Shown here: positions 1 to 11,758 of the stretch, piece after piece
How the letters are laid out: each line of letters opens with the position of its first letter
Position numbering within the stretch: the stretch's first letter is position 1
Assembly: GCA_017499595.2 (NCBI GenBank)
Contig: CM038998.1
Span: 2,728,001-2,792,000, forward strand
Origin: Psilocybe cubensis
Taxonomy: Eukaryota
Direction of reading: 5' to 3'
Length of the DNA stretch: 64,000 nucleotides
Translations under genes and position numbers: made by a program
The notes under the pieces: generated by a model
What the model was told of the DNA's origin: nothing
Seen by the model: only the letters and a program-made list of their open reading frames with translations
Databases searched by the model: none

Positions 1-205
1 GGCTGCGGCGCGTGGATGGCAATGTACCATGCAATTTAGGGTGCATGACCAAAGCGCATAAACTGTGCCGGGGACCCGCGTAGCGAGTTTGATGGGTCGA
101 TGGAGCGCGGTTCCATTTCGAACCGAGGATTATTCCACGGGTGAGGAGAGTCCCAAGCAATCGGCGCCATCGTTGACATACAGCACCTAGAGTAAGAACA
201 TCCTT

Positions 206-226
206 GGGGGGGGGGGGGAGTGTTAA
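206..226 (+). repeat. G-rich polypurine tract followed by TGTTAA, resembling a PPT/3'-LTR junction of a degraded LTR retrotransposon
   Basis: A G-run ending in AG (206-220) directly precedes TGTT at 221, the same layout as AAGGGGGAG|TGTT in the intact copia element at 26081-26093. No pol sequence is recognisable upstream and the LTR end was not confirmed. Confidence 0.3.
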
Positions 227-1559
227 TCACTATCTCCAGACATTTGGGCATGGACAAGATGCTGCTCTCAATGGGCACCATGCTAAAGATCTCAACAGCC
301 AAACACATGTTCTTCAACATAGACACAAATTGCGTAAATCACTCAACCCACCAAAGTCCGGAACGTCAGCATGCAATTCGCTTTCGAAAGACCTCACACG
401 TGCGGGTACAGGACCAAGAACGGTAAATAAACTGATAGTGAAGAGGCCATTAAGGGCGGTCAGCGGTCAAAGAAGCACTTGTCGACGAGCTAAGTGTATG
501 TAGTCAGTACGTGTTGGACAGTTCAATCTCCGCTCAAAACCTTCAAGCTTCAATCTAAGCTTCAGCGCTTCAGCGTTTCAGCTTCGCCTCCCTAGTCATT
601 GTCACTCTCCATTGGCTGCTTTTGCGTCTTCCCAGAATGAGCATCCCCTATCGGCATCGTCACATTCTCCCCATATTTCCTCACACGGAAAGTCCTACTC
701 ACCAGGAGCCACAGAGGCTCTCGAAATCATCTTTCAACCCTGTACACTGACACGCACACAGCAGGACATGTCCCCTGACCGACACTTACGCTCTGCAAGC
801 CACAATCACAAACCCTACTTTTCCTCCCCTTTCCGCGACCTCTATGACTATCGATGCTCGCCGCAGAGTTTACCACGCAGGAGTGGTCCCTACACACGTC
901 GTCTGTGCCTCGTTGACGACGGCCAGTACTGCGAGGATGAGAGTGAGCGGAGTATGCTGTCACTATTTATGCCTCACGTTCATTCCCTTCGATGGTCCGA
1001 CACGAAATAGGTAGGACGTCGAGAAGCTCACGGTGCGTTTCACTGCAATGACACCGGGCAGATAACGTTCGTCAGACTTTTTTTTCTTTCGGCTGCATGT
1101 CCCACTCATCTCTTTCGACCCCGTACACCGCCTGAAACCCAACCATTGACCTTAGAATACTTGGTGCAAATGCATTATCTCCAACCTCTCCCACATCACT
1201 CTCACACCCGCATTCTCCCACTCTTGCGTTCATAACCTAGACCACGGTACGCTCCTCCCTTGGTTCTCAGAAGAAGGCTCGACAGCACAATGCGCAATGT
1301 GTTCGATTACTTTCTTGATGGACTCGCAGACAGACGCGGTAATGGACACCGACGACGAAGAGTGAGAACGCACCTCCTCCCTTCGAACACCCTAATAATG
1401 AGTCGTAGGGATGCTGTATGCTAGTATATAAACTTGTTTGAGTGTTAACCTACTATCCATGACTCTCAGGTGTGTTTGGCCCAAACGACGTGCACCAAGC
1501 CACCTGTGATAGTCGAGTCCCATTACCCGTAGAGGATAATCTCACAAGGACTATGCACA

Positions 1560-2470
1560 CCAGAGGAGTGTGGTTACCCTTGAAGCACCTCAATTCTGTG
1601 AGTATGTTCTATTTCTGCTGTCAGTGTCGCCTCTTGAATTGAGCATTTTAAGGCTCCGGTGCTACCGACAAGATTCTTGAGATTCCATATTGGATGCGCT
1701 CAAATGACAAATTATAGGACAAGACGGTGGACACATTCCACGGTTTATCAGCTCTGGAAGGCTGCTACAACACAACAGAAACGTTGAAATCCTTCGCGAT
1801 AGAAGCGCATACGTCCGACGCGTTAGTCAGCTTCATCAAACAGAATGGATTGGCACATGAAGTTGATTTGGTCGAGGGTGGAAATTTGACGTTGTTGAAA
1901 GACAAAACAGGAGAGCAGGCTTTTCGGGATGACTGAGAGAGAGGGTCAAGAGCGCTGGGTTGAGTGAATAGACAACGAGGAGCTGAGCAAGGTCAGCCCA
2001 CTTTTACTTGTCACATTTCGATCTGATTCAACCTGCGCGCAGAAGTACCATGTGGACCCTAAACTTGAATAGTCGACCGTTCATCAACCAGGGCAGAATC
2101 TCTGGCCATGCAAACTTGTCACCCATCTCTTCAAAGATGTCCAAACTTCTTCATCCACCGGCAGGTCCAGAGTGCCAGTCGCGCTGCATACCAAGACCCC
2201 CGTCACGTCCATCACGACGATCGAAAATCATCGCAATCGCCTTCGGAAGAGCCTCTCCGTCGTTGGAACTTGCACACACCCCGGGGAAATATAGACTATG
2301 AGTATGTCGTACATGCCACTAACGGCTATGCCATACATCTGCTGCCCTCCCTCGATAGACTCGATGAAGAAGACGCAGACAGTCATGTTGAATGCGGATT
2401 GTATGAAAAGCCAGGATCTGTCCCGTATATTTCGGCTGGGTACTCCGGACACGGAAAGCCTCGAGCATAC
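1560..2470 (+). pseudogene. Degraded FAD-dependent oxidoreductase (DAO family) pseudogene
   Basis: Motif remnants VVTLEAPQFC/intron/SGAT, EVDLVEGG, NLWPCKLVTHLFK and LHTPRGNIDYEYVVHATNGYAIHLLP lie in different frames. In-frame stops at 1934-1936 and 2070-2072; both termini missing. Confidence 0.7.
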
Positions 2471-2547
2471 GCTTGGCTGGTCTACTCCTCTGTTATGTAT
2501 GTCGCTACATTTATTTTGCTCGATTGTCAGCGCCGAAGTCTGCTGCT

Positions 2548-2722
2548 CTCTTTCCTTTGTTCGCTGCAGCGGGCCTCTCACCTCTTGCAGTAATCTTCAC
2601 TAGCCCGTAGTCTATGTTATTCAGTCCATACAATTTAATTATGTTGATTTTTTTTTTTTTTCAAAAACCTGGTGTAGACCGTGTTACTGTACAGAGGCGG
2701 GGGAGGGAAATCAAGGTAGGCT
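2548..2722 (+). repeat. ~170 bp direct repeat, copy 1 (copy 2 at 6151-6308)
   Basis: CTCTTTCCTTTGTTCGCTGCAGC...TCACCTCTTGCAGTA...CAATTTAATTATGTT(T)nCAAAAACCTGGTGTAGA...AAATCAAGGTAGGCT is shared with copy 2, with scattered substitutions and indels. Confidence 0.95.
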
Positions 2723-2909
2723 GACTCCGAAGATGACGACTCAGATCTCAGACCTTAACCTGTGATCCAAACTTGAAACGACAAAGCAACTTCATCATCC
2801 CTCCGATGCCCCTCTACTTCTTCTTCGGAGAACATTTATAATTTAATTCTCCCTTTTGACTTTTCTTTACTCCGTCCTCTTTACAAATTACTCCAATATT
2901 TTATTTCTT

Positions 2910-3778
2910 TCATTCCTTCGTTGAACATACATGACAATCGGCTCTCCACAACAATAAACATATACCTACAGATGGGCTCAAACTACGAAAAGCAATCACT
3001 CAGGTTTGAACTTACTCCTGCTGTACAAACCATTCTCGTAGGCCGTATACTTGTCGGAAACGGGGTCGCAGAATCGCAAATGTGAGCTATTGAACAATCA
3101 ATAACCTCGGGTTCTAGAATGATGTAAAAAATCATACCCATAGTATGAAACCAATTGCACTCGGAACAATGACTACAGATAAAATCCCCGCAGCGGTAGA
3201 GTCCAAGCCATCGCCTGGGCAAAGTTCACCAGACCTTGACAATATTGGAGAAGAGGTGCTGAACGCGGCGGAAACCATTGAAGTCGTTGAGGATAATGTA
3301 GTTGAACTTGAGGATATACTTGCACTCCGGGTTACCAAAGATTCGGAAAAGGATGTAAACGTAGTGGACTCTTGTGTAATGGTGGATATAGGGAAGATTG
3401 TTGTGAACACCAGAGATCCATCGGCAGACGATGCTCTGGTAGCGTCAGATGGTGTGGGTGTCACGTCAAGAGTAGAAATGGATATATCCTGAGGATCAGT
3501 GGGGATAGGTGGTGTATTCTTGTGTATCGCAGGAGGTATAGAAAGCGAAGTCGGCGTGGAAGTAGGTAGGCTTGGGCTAGAAGCGACTACCCCAGTCGTG
3601 GTCCAGTCGTTATTGAGTTCGTCTGTGCGCCGTTGAAGGTACACTGGATATCGTAATTCATGAGCATCTTTAGAGAGCGGAAGCATCCTATACCTGAGGC
3701 CAGGGGGTATATGGAATACAAAAGCAAAAGGTGGACGAGTCCAAGAAGGTGTAGTAGTAACGTTAACTTTTCAACCAT
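2910..3778 (-). pseudogene. 5' fragment of a membrane-protein gene resembling the N-terminus of CSC1/OSCA/RSN1 (DUF221) proteins, truncated after the first TM segment
   Basis: Spliced reading: MVEKLTLLLHLLGLVHLLLLYSIYPLAS (signal-like), Ser/Thr-rich stalk, GILSVVIVPSAIGFILW|LTFAILRPRFRQVYGLREWFVQQ, then unrelated sequence to a stop at ~2910. GT-AG introns are retained. Family call is by motif recall. Confidence 0.5.
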
Positions 3779-3857
3779 GAACAGATAACCCCAATAAGGC
3801 AAGTCACCTACTTCTGATCCCGGCTTGTTATTCGCTTACAGACTGGTGGGTTTGGTA

Positions 3858-4500
3858 TTAGTCTTTGCAAACACCTATTGTTCGGGGGATAAGAGGGTCG
3901 AAGATCGTACTGTTCGATGGCCATGCCTCTGTAAACACGTTTTCTCCCAAGGAACTTCCAAGTTCGGGCACATTTGCCTTCACCTGGAATAATACAACAG
4001 TTTGGGTGTTGCCATAACTATAATTTAATTCGGGTTCCGTTAGGTGTCTTTTATTCTCATGAACATACCTCGATGCTGCTGGTATGAGGTAGAACATCTG
4101 AATACCAGAGCGTCGACAAGTCAACTCGTCTCCAATAGTAATTGTCAACCTTTGCCCATCCACTAGATATACAAACACCGACGACTAATTTACACAGTAG
4201 ATAGACTAGCGTAGAGAGGTGAGCTTCACTCACCCGTGCGTTTTAGCATTCCAATTATCCAGTGGATCATGAATTTATCACCTTGAGAATGCACTGATTC
4301 CTATACGACCAAGCTCCACACCAGGGTTGTATGGTCCTGATGTTGCTAAGTATTTTTGATGTTCAATACCATGTGGTTGAACATGCCGCGTGTGATCCGC
4401 GCGTGATCCGGCCACTGTTTGGGAGCGTAACGCTCTTGCTTTCCATAAACCGTACTCTTGAGTTACCATTTTGGGCAAGTAGTCCAAGGCAATCACTCGG
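3858..4500 (-). pseudogene. Degenerate gene fragment of unknown family
   Basis: Minus-strand donors (GTGAGT ~4233, GTATGT ~4067) with plausible acceptors and short ORFs; stops present and the frame could not be fixed. Confidence 0.3.
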
Positions 4501-4752
4501 CTTTCCCTGTTTGCCAGTTTAAGGATAACACAATCACTCTGAAAATCTCACCTTTTTGATGATCAACTTAGGAAATAAAAACTTCACAAAACATACAATG
4601 CATCATATTTAGCAAGTAGTATAGGCTACATTGTATTAAGTTTGCACAACATGAATTTAGATATGCACTAAAATTCACCCCACACAATTTGGTCAAGTAA
4701 TGAACAGTTTGATTCTCCAAGTTCCACAAGTCTAAACTAACGCAGAAAACAA

Positions 4753-5455
4753 CTACTCAAGCACGATTTCGAGATCCCTAATGACGTTCACGGCTATTTC
4801 ATCGTTCAACTTCATAACCCCTTTCACCCCCCCGGTCCTCGCGAGCGCAGCCGCCTCGGTGGCAACGCGCTGGAAGGCGCGACGACGGCCTTCGACATCG
4901 TCGATTCGAAGCTGAATGTCTTCACCCGAGGATGCACCGGTGGGGTAGATAACGGCGTCGTTTGCGAAATAGAGGCGTTGGGCCAGGGTTAAGAGGGCCA
5001 CGTTGCGAAGATACGACTCGCGGTGTGCGAGATATCCACGTTCTGGACACCGGGAGTTTGACCATAAACACACAATACCAAAAAGTAGAGCAATACGCAC
5101 CTGAAGTGGGATCATCCGAACTACCCTTCCTACCGACATCGCCCTGGTCTCCAGCATATCCAAGAGAGCCTAAAATGTATCGAACCGCAAGCGCTCGACA
5201 CAATTTGATCCAAGGAAAATCACTGTACTCACTGAAATCCCCTCTCTCCTCCTCGACGACGACGGCACTAACAGGCCTGTGTTCTACAAGTCAAACATCA
5301 GCAAGTAGTAGACCAAATACAATCCGAAAATACACTTACCAGCGTCCTTTGTTGGAAAACTCATTTGCCTGATACGTGGCTCGGAATGCGAATTGAGTGG
5401 TAGCGATTGATAGGGAGCAAAACGCAGGCGATAAAAGCGAAGAAAGAAAGGTTTA
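4753..5455 (-). pseudogene. 3' fragment of an unidentified gene (last four exons, 5' part missing)
   Basis: Clean spliced frame ...RATYQANEFSNKGRW|PVSAVVVEEERGDFS|SLGYAGDQGDVGRKGSSDDPTS|ERGYLAHRESYLRNVALL...DLEIVLE* with three GT-AG introns. Upstream of ~5455 the frame hits TAA with no start codon or acceptor. Confidence 0.6.
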
Positions 5456-6150
5456 TTTCGAATTTGATCCCATTTTCTGCTTTTATTACTTCGACGCGTG
5501 CAGATGTCTGATTAACTATTGATGGAACGCCCAATTTAGCCACACAGAACAGCGCGACTGAACGCGACCAACAGAGTCATTACTAGTACCACAAATGGAA
5601 GTTTGGATAATCCGGTCTGACGCGCGTCCACCCAATTCGACTTCTTCATGATCAACCACTTAGACCAACCTAAGCTACCTAACTTACCTTGGACTACATT
5701 GGCGAAGGTGGGGAAGTCAAGGGGAGGCCCGTGTTGTGGGGGACCCGGAAGGTGAGTGCACATATCCAATATTGTTCTTGGCTTCGTTTACTGACTCTAC
5801 AGTCGTTGTAGCTAAGCGCTAACCACTCGTACTCGCATCCGCACGGACACACGCACACGCAAGGACACCCGCCGCTACTGTTCCGCCCTCGTCTTGACGA
5901 CCAGAAAGCTGCTGGTCTCGACTTTACCACCACCGACCTTCATCGTCTTGACGCCGCCGCCGCCCTCTCGTTGACCAGCAGCGATGCCGCCACCGACCTC
6001 TCGTCGCCACCCGCCCCTCCCGTATCGTATCGTCTCTGCCGCCGCCACCCCTCTCGTCTCGACACCCCACCCGCCCCTCCCATCTCTACACCGCCACCCA
6101 CCCCTCGTGCCGCTGCCTCTGCTCTCTGTTGTCGTCCGCTCCTCGCCGCG

Positions 6151-6308
6151 CTCTTTCCTTTGTTCGCTGCAGCCGCCCTCTCACCTCTTGCAGTAGTCTT
6201 CGCTACTTCACTTGCCCGTAGTCTACGTTATTTAGTCCACACAATTTAATTATGTTTTTTTTTTTTTCAAAAACCTGGTGTAGATTACTGCACAAATCAA
6301 GGTAGGCT
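6151..6308 (+). repeat. ~160 bp direct repeat, copy 2, preceded by a C-rich low-complexity tract (5930-6150)
   Basis: Direct alignment by eye to 2548-2722. Confidence 0.95.
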
Positions 6309-7577
6309 AATGATCCAGCCGACGGATGGCGGGGATCGATAGCCCGAGATCACGTGGGATCAGTCGGCAAAAGGCTCAAGAGCAGACAACTATTGGACCA
6401 GTTTGGGACCAGTACGGGTTAAGTACAGGCGCAGTACAAGACAGGTACTTGTTTATTATTTTATGAAGTTCATAACTATAAAATTTACGAGTGTTTTTGT
6501 AGATATCACAAAAGAGTCAATTTATATTGAATGTTTAATTGTCTTCTTCACAAGCGAGAAACAATTGCAACACATAATATATTCGGTGGTCGTGGATTTC
6601 TAATTGTCCTAACCAAGCAATTTAATACTAAATATTGACTTAGTTCGGATCGAAAAGTATAAATATTTGGTCGTTTTCATTGATCGTGTAAATTCATTGT
6701 CACATTTGAATTTTAACAATTAATTTTTGAACACTTTTTCGCCCGTCGTTTAATCAATATTCCTAATCAAATTTTTTCTACATTTGTGACCATCAAAAAT
6801 GAATTCTTGCGCGTAGTGCAAGTATCTACTACTACATACAGCAGAAACTATGACGGTAAATTATTCGCTTGCCTTGAAAATTCGATGCTCATGAATAACA
6901 GACTTTGTGGAAAATTGGAGCTGCATTTGGTCAGTCAGCAGTGGTCTTTCTCCTTGTCTAACTGGCCTAACTGGCTATGTTTATAGTTGCCACGGGGATG
7001 ATAACGGGGGCGTTTGGAAGTGAGTGTTCTGTATCCAAGTGAGCGATGCTTGAACGGAACAAGGCCACGGCCTTCGAAACAGGGAAGGAATAACGCCAGC
7101 CAATATCCACGCGTGGGAAACGGCGTCTAGCTACGCTGTAGGTGCATTGTTGTCTGTCTGTTGTGCACGGAGGAAATAACGCGGAGACAGATCTACAACG
7201 GCCTTGGACTGCTGGCTGTATCGCTGCACCCGCGGTTTTCGGGACACCGCTTTGCAGGGCCTGCGATTGGATGTGGCGGCCTTATATTTTCTGCAAGTAT
7301 CTGGGCGCTGGTGCTTGGAGGAGACAAGTAAGCATAATTTGTAGGCGATGGACGCAGCTGACTTGAATGGCGAGGACAGACTGAGGGCACTGGGCCCCAT
7401 AACGCCGCTGGGAGGGATGGGGATGATTGCGGGGTACATATCATTGTTGTTGTAGTAGTAATGAAGAGACGCGTCCACGTGACCAACGCGTTCGTGTAAA
7501 CTCCGACAGACATGAGGCACATCAACAGTGTGGGTATGTAAAAGGCCAGCGCTGGCGGTGCTCCTTGGCTGCTCGCC

Positions 7578-9424
7578 ATGGACTCGACATCCCCTCCCCT
7601 CGCTTTTTTCCCCTCCGCCGCTGCCTCTTTCCATCCTGCCCCCTATGCTCCCTCCGCCGCCGCCTCCTCCTCAAGGCCTCCTCCCCGCTCACATCTTCGC
7701 AGCGACTCTCTCGCAGTGCCCCCGCTTGGCATGGACCCTTTGCCCTCTGACCCAGGTGTTCTTTTTATTCATCCTCCTTTCACCACTTTTCCGGGGTCAG
7801 ACAAGTGTCCAGATGGTTTGACCTTCAATACTCTCGCCGAGAACAGCGAGTGGTTTCTCGACCCCCGCGATTTCATCACTGCAGCTAGTGCCCCAACCCC
7901 CAATCAGATCCCTTATCCGCCCCATTTAGAGCCCCCTCGTGGCTGGTGTCCAGCTAAGAAAAAGGATCTCAGGGATCGTGGTTCAGAGGGCTGGCCAGAG
8001 GGCGAGGAGCCCCGCCTTCGATGCACTTTCTGCAGGCGCACCTATGCAGGTGTCAATGCGAAGAGTATGTGGCGCCGCCATGTTTTCGAAAAGCACAAGA
8101 TTGCGATGGCCAATCGCAGGGATGGCAACGTCGACCGTCCAAGAGGTCGAGGTTCTGGCAGTACGTATTCCTTTCTTTTCAGTCCCTTTCATTCATTAAC
8201 TTTCGACCAGAGGAGAACCGTCAAGCTTCCAAGTCTCGCGATGAGTCTCATGACAGTCTTGTCACCATGGTTGTAGCCCCCCAAACCGCCCCCGAGAATG
8301 TCTCCTCCAAGTCTCGTTTCCGGAGCACAAATGCCCGACCTGTCCTTCAGGCATCCAATAAACGCGGACGTGACCGTGAGACCAAGAAAGATAAAGAAGA
8401 AGATCCCCCTGCATCTTTGCCATCTCAACCCTCACAGCAAGAAACTTCGGACCAGAGCGAGTCTGAGAGCGATTCCGAGCCCCCTGCTGCATCCGCAATA
8501 GTTAGTCCTCCACTGACACCTCACCCTGATACTTCATCGGACCCACTCAACGTTGCTCATCCGAGCTCTGACGCGCTTGTGCCCAACTCTCCTACTTTCA
8601 TTCCGACAAGGATACCAGAATCACCATATAATCCCCTCCAGACGCCCTCATTTCGTCATTCTCCTCCTCGCCTTCCCTCAGAACAGCCATGGCGATTTCC
8701 CAGTCCAAGTCATCCATTACATGCTACTCGCGACATTTCCCTCACTATGGTTGCCTTACCACTGGCTAGCCCTATCAAGGGCTTCACTACCAGCAGTCCT
8801 TCGACCATGTTGGCCTTAAATTCTTCTCCGATATCGAGTCCATCAAAAGTATTATCCCAGTCCTTTGGTTTTGAGACCCCGGCTCGATCGACTGCGTCAT
8901 TCGCCAAAATCGTCAAACGACCCCAGTTTGTGAAAAACCAAATGTCTTCTCCCTTGTCGTCTGTCACGACTTTATCTCATGCGACCAAAGAATGCCTTCC
9001 AGTGTCCTCGCCGTTCAAAAGACCCATGGCAACCCCTCATAAACGCCACTCTTCAGAGTATTCTGATTCTTGGTTCGCCGATAGTTCTTTGACCTCGACC
9101 TCGGGCTCGTCGCTCTCAAAATCTGTGACTGAAGACATTTTTTCTGTCTATGATTCGTGGCCAACTATCTACGGAAACCATAGTCCTATACTTCGCAGCG
9201 GCCCATTACCTCCTCTCGACAGATTGAGTTTTGGACTTTTGGAACCATTTGGGTTCAACAAGGATGATGAACTCGATACAGATTTCAGTTCCCTTTCTTC
9301 TGATCTCGAAGAACCACCTAAAGGAAAAAGATCCGCCATGAACGCTAACGTCGAAACTTCGACCAATGCATCACCCCCTCTTAAGAAAAGAAGGATGTCT
9401 CAAGAAACCTCCAACACCACCTAG
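7578..9424 (+). CDS. Hypothetical protein with a single C2H2-like zinc finger and a Ser/Pro-rich C-terminus (putative nuclear regulator)
   Basis: Exons 7578-8160 and 8211-9424 (GTACGT...CCAG intron). CTFCRRTYAGVNAKSMWRRHVFEKH motif; NLS-like PPLKKRR near the C-terminus. Confidence 0.85.
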
Positions 9425-10067
9425 GCTTTCGCCACGCAATCGCTGTCTACTTCTGCTATCTTATATTGCTATGTCAATTTCCACATATTGTATGTCATTT
9501 TATCCATCGTTTGTTTTGATATCCATTACTTTTTTTTTTTTCTTCTTTCAAACTTTCTTTTGATACAATACGCGGCGACGCGTTTCCTGACTTGATTTTT
9601 TTTTTCTGATTTCTGTATATCTACAATTCCCCCTGCTGTCCATACTATTTGCACCAGGATGAGGGAAAGCGTTCATGGAATGTAAGTCGACATTATTACC
9701 TTACACAATGTACTCGGACTGGTTTTGGTTTCCGTAGCTATCTTGCTCAGTTATTTATGTTTTCTTGTTGGTTATCTATGTAACTTGTAGGGTTTCCAAA
9801 TTGAAGAAGAAGATGTTTAAAAAATGATATGATATATGCAATCGGGCCTTATCTGTATGCGGCTGTTGTGGCAAACGCCCAGACTGTGATGATTCCACAT
9901 GCCCACGCCAAACAGTGATCATAACCGTTTCAACATCATTTCTTGTCACCAGCAACTTACTTCTCCTTGGATCCATTTTCTCTTTTTTGTATCATTCTCT
10001 CGACATTACGACTTCCACCTTGTATATCCCCAAACCATAACTTTACGAGTTCACGTACCATAGCAAC

Positions 10068-11047
10068 ATGCAAGCCATTAAATGTTTGACCTTCTTCATG
10101 TGCCCTGGAACATGGCTGATCAGTAATTTCTCAGGTGTTGTCGTAGGAGATGGTGCAGTTGGGAAGGTACGCACAACGAGACTGCGAGTTGGCCGTCCCT
10201 TTTCTCATTTACGTCTAATCACCCAGACATGTCTTCTTATTTCCTATACCACCAACGCCTTTCCCGTACGTTTATTTCCTACTCCCCCGGCATACCGCTG
10301 GTGTTGACTGTCACCGTCTTAGGGAGAGTATATACCAACTGGTTAGTCTCCCGCCTCTGCGATCACTTGGGAAGAATGTTCTCAAATTATACCCTTTTCC
10401 TCAGTTTTTGACAACTATTCGGCGAATGTAATGGTCGATGGCAAGACGATCTCGCTCGGCTTGTGGGATACTGCCGGACAGGAAGATTACGACCGTCTCC
10501 GACCTCTATCATACCCCCAGACAGACGTCTTCCTGATCTGCTTCTCTCTTGTGAGCCCCCCGAGCTACGAGAACGTGAGGACAAAGGTATGTTTTCTGCC
10601 AACTCAAACATACGTCGCGACCGACCCGCTTTCAGTGGTATCCCGAGATCTCCCATCACGCACCCTCAACTTCCATCGTTCTTGTTGGCACAAAACTTGA
10701 TTTGCGCGAAGATCCGGCTACTATTGAGAAGCTGCGAGACCGGTAAGCAGCCGTCCGTGCTCCAACAAATGGCCATAGTGTTCATTGTTCATGCTTAGTC
10801 GCATGGCTCCTATACAATATTCTCAAGGAGTTGCGATGTGCAAGGACATCAAGGCTGTGAAGTATCTCGAATGTTCGGCACTCACTCAGAAAGGATTGAA
10901 GACCGTATTTGACGAGGCTATTCGCGCTGTTTGTGAGTAATGATGGCCCCTATTCAGAATAGCGCAATGTCTGATGCGCTGCGTTCTTCAGTGAACCCGC
11001 CTCCCCAGGTCAAGAAAAGTAGCAAGAGGTCGTGCATCATTGCGTAA
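10068..11047 (+). CDS. rac1: Rho-family small GTPase Rac1
   Basis: Spliced: [40 protein letters not shown]...[24 protein letters not shown]...GTKLD...[17 protein letters not shown] and the MQAIK start indicate Rac rather than Cdc42. Confidence 0.96.
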
Positions 11048-11758
11048 AGCTATCATTGGTATCCTTCTTATTACCCTGTCGAATTTGGATTTTCTTTCCG
11101 TTTATCATATCACGCCATTTATGTTTCTGCTCAGCCTTTTACGACTTTGTACTCATGTTTTCTTCGATTTTGGATCCACATTCCATTTACCTGGATACCA
11201 GAAATCCATTGCTCTACGTTTACTTGGTCATTCCGCCTTTATCATTGAATTAGAAAGTACAACGAAGTGTTATTTCCTAAAGAATGGCTTTTGTATCTGA
11301 AGGCGATGTCACGGCTACAGTCATTATTGTGACGGCCTACACCTTCACACCTACTATCATGTAGAAGGACAATGTTTTTTATGATATTTCGATCCCGCCT
11401 CTTTCTACAACCACCAATGAGCTGTTCTGCGAGTGTATCGCGTGGATTCGTCTCTAATGAGGGTGTGTGAGAAAGGTAGTCATCTGAGCCATCAGGAACA
11501 GTGATGGATATGTTCAGAAATCACTGGTGCATATTTACAATTCATTTCTCACTGTCAGGTCCTACCAGCGGTACTTGTTGCCCTTGCCCTTCCTTTCTTT
11601 CCTTTCTATCTTGGCTATCGTCGACCTGCTGCCCACCGCTGCCGACCATTGTTCTCGTCGGTGCGCTGGCCTTCGAGGTCGGACAGGGTATGTAGATTGT
11701 CCGTCGTGGACCATCCCTGCCAACAAGCATACTCCAGCCTCTGCCTAGTCTCCCCAAT

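Noticed and set aside
5971-6249. Pro/Ala-rich ORFs on the plus strand
   Set aside because: Products of C-rich low-complexity sequence; no protein motif.
6390-6900. AT-rich block preceded by short GGACCAGT/AGTAC repeats, considered as a MITE or DNA transposon end
   Set aside because: No matching terminal inverted repeat, TSD or second copy found in the window.
7131-7634. Minus-strand ORFs upstream of the zinc-finger gene
   Set aside because: Overlap promoter/UTR sequence and a short trinucleotide microsatellite; no recognisable protein features.
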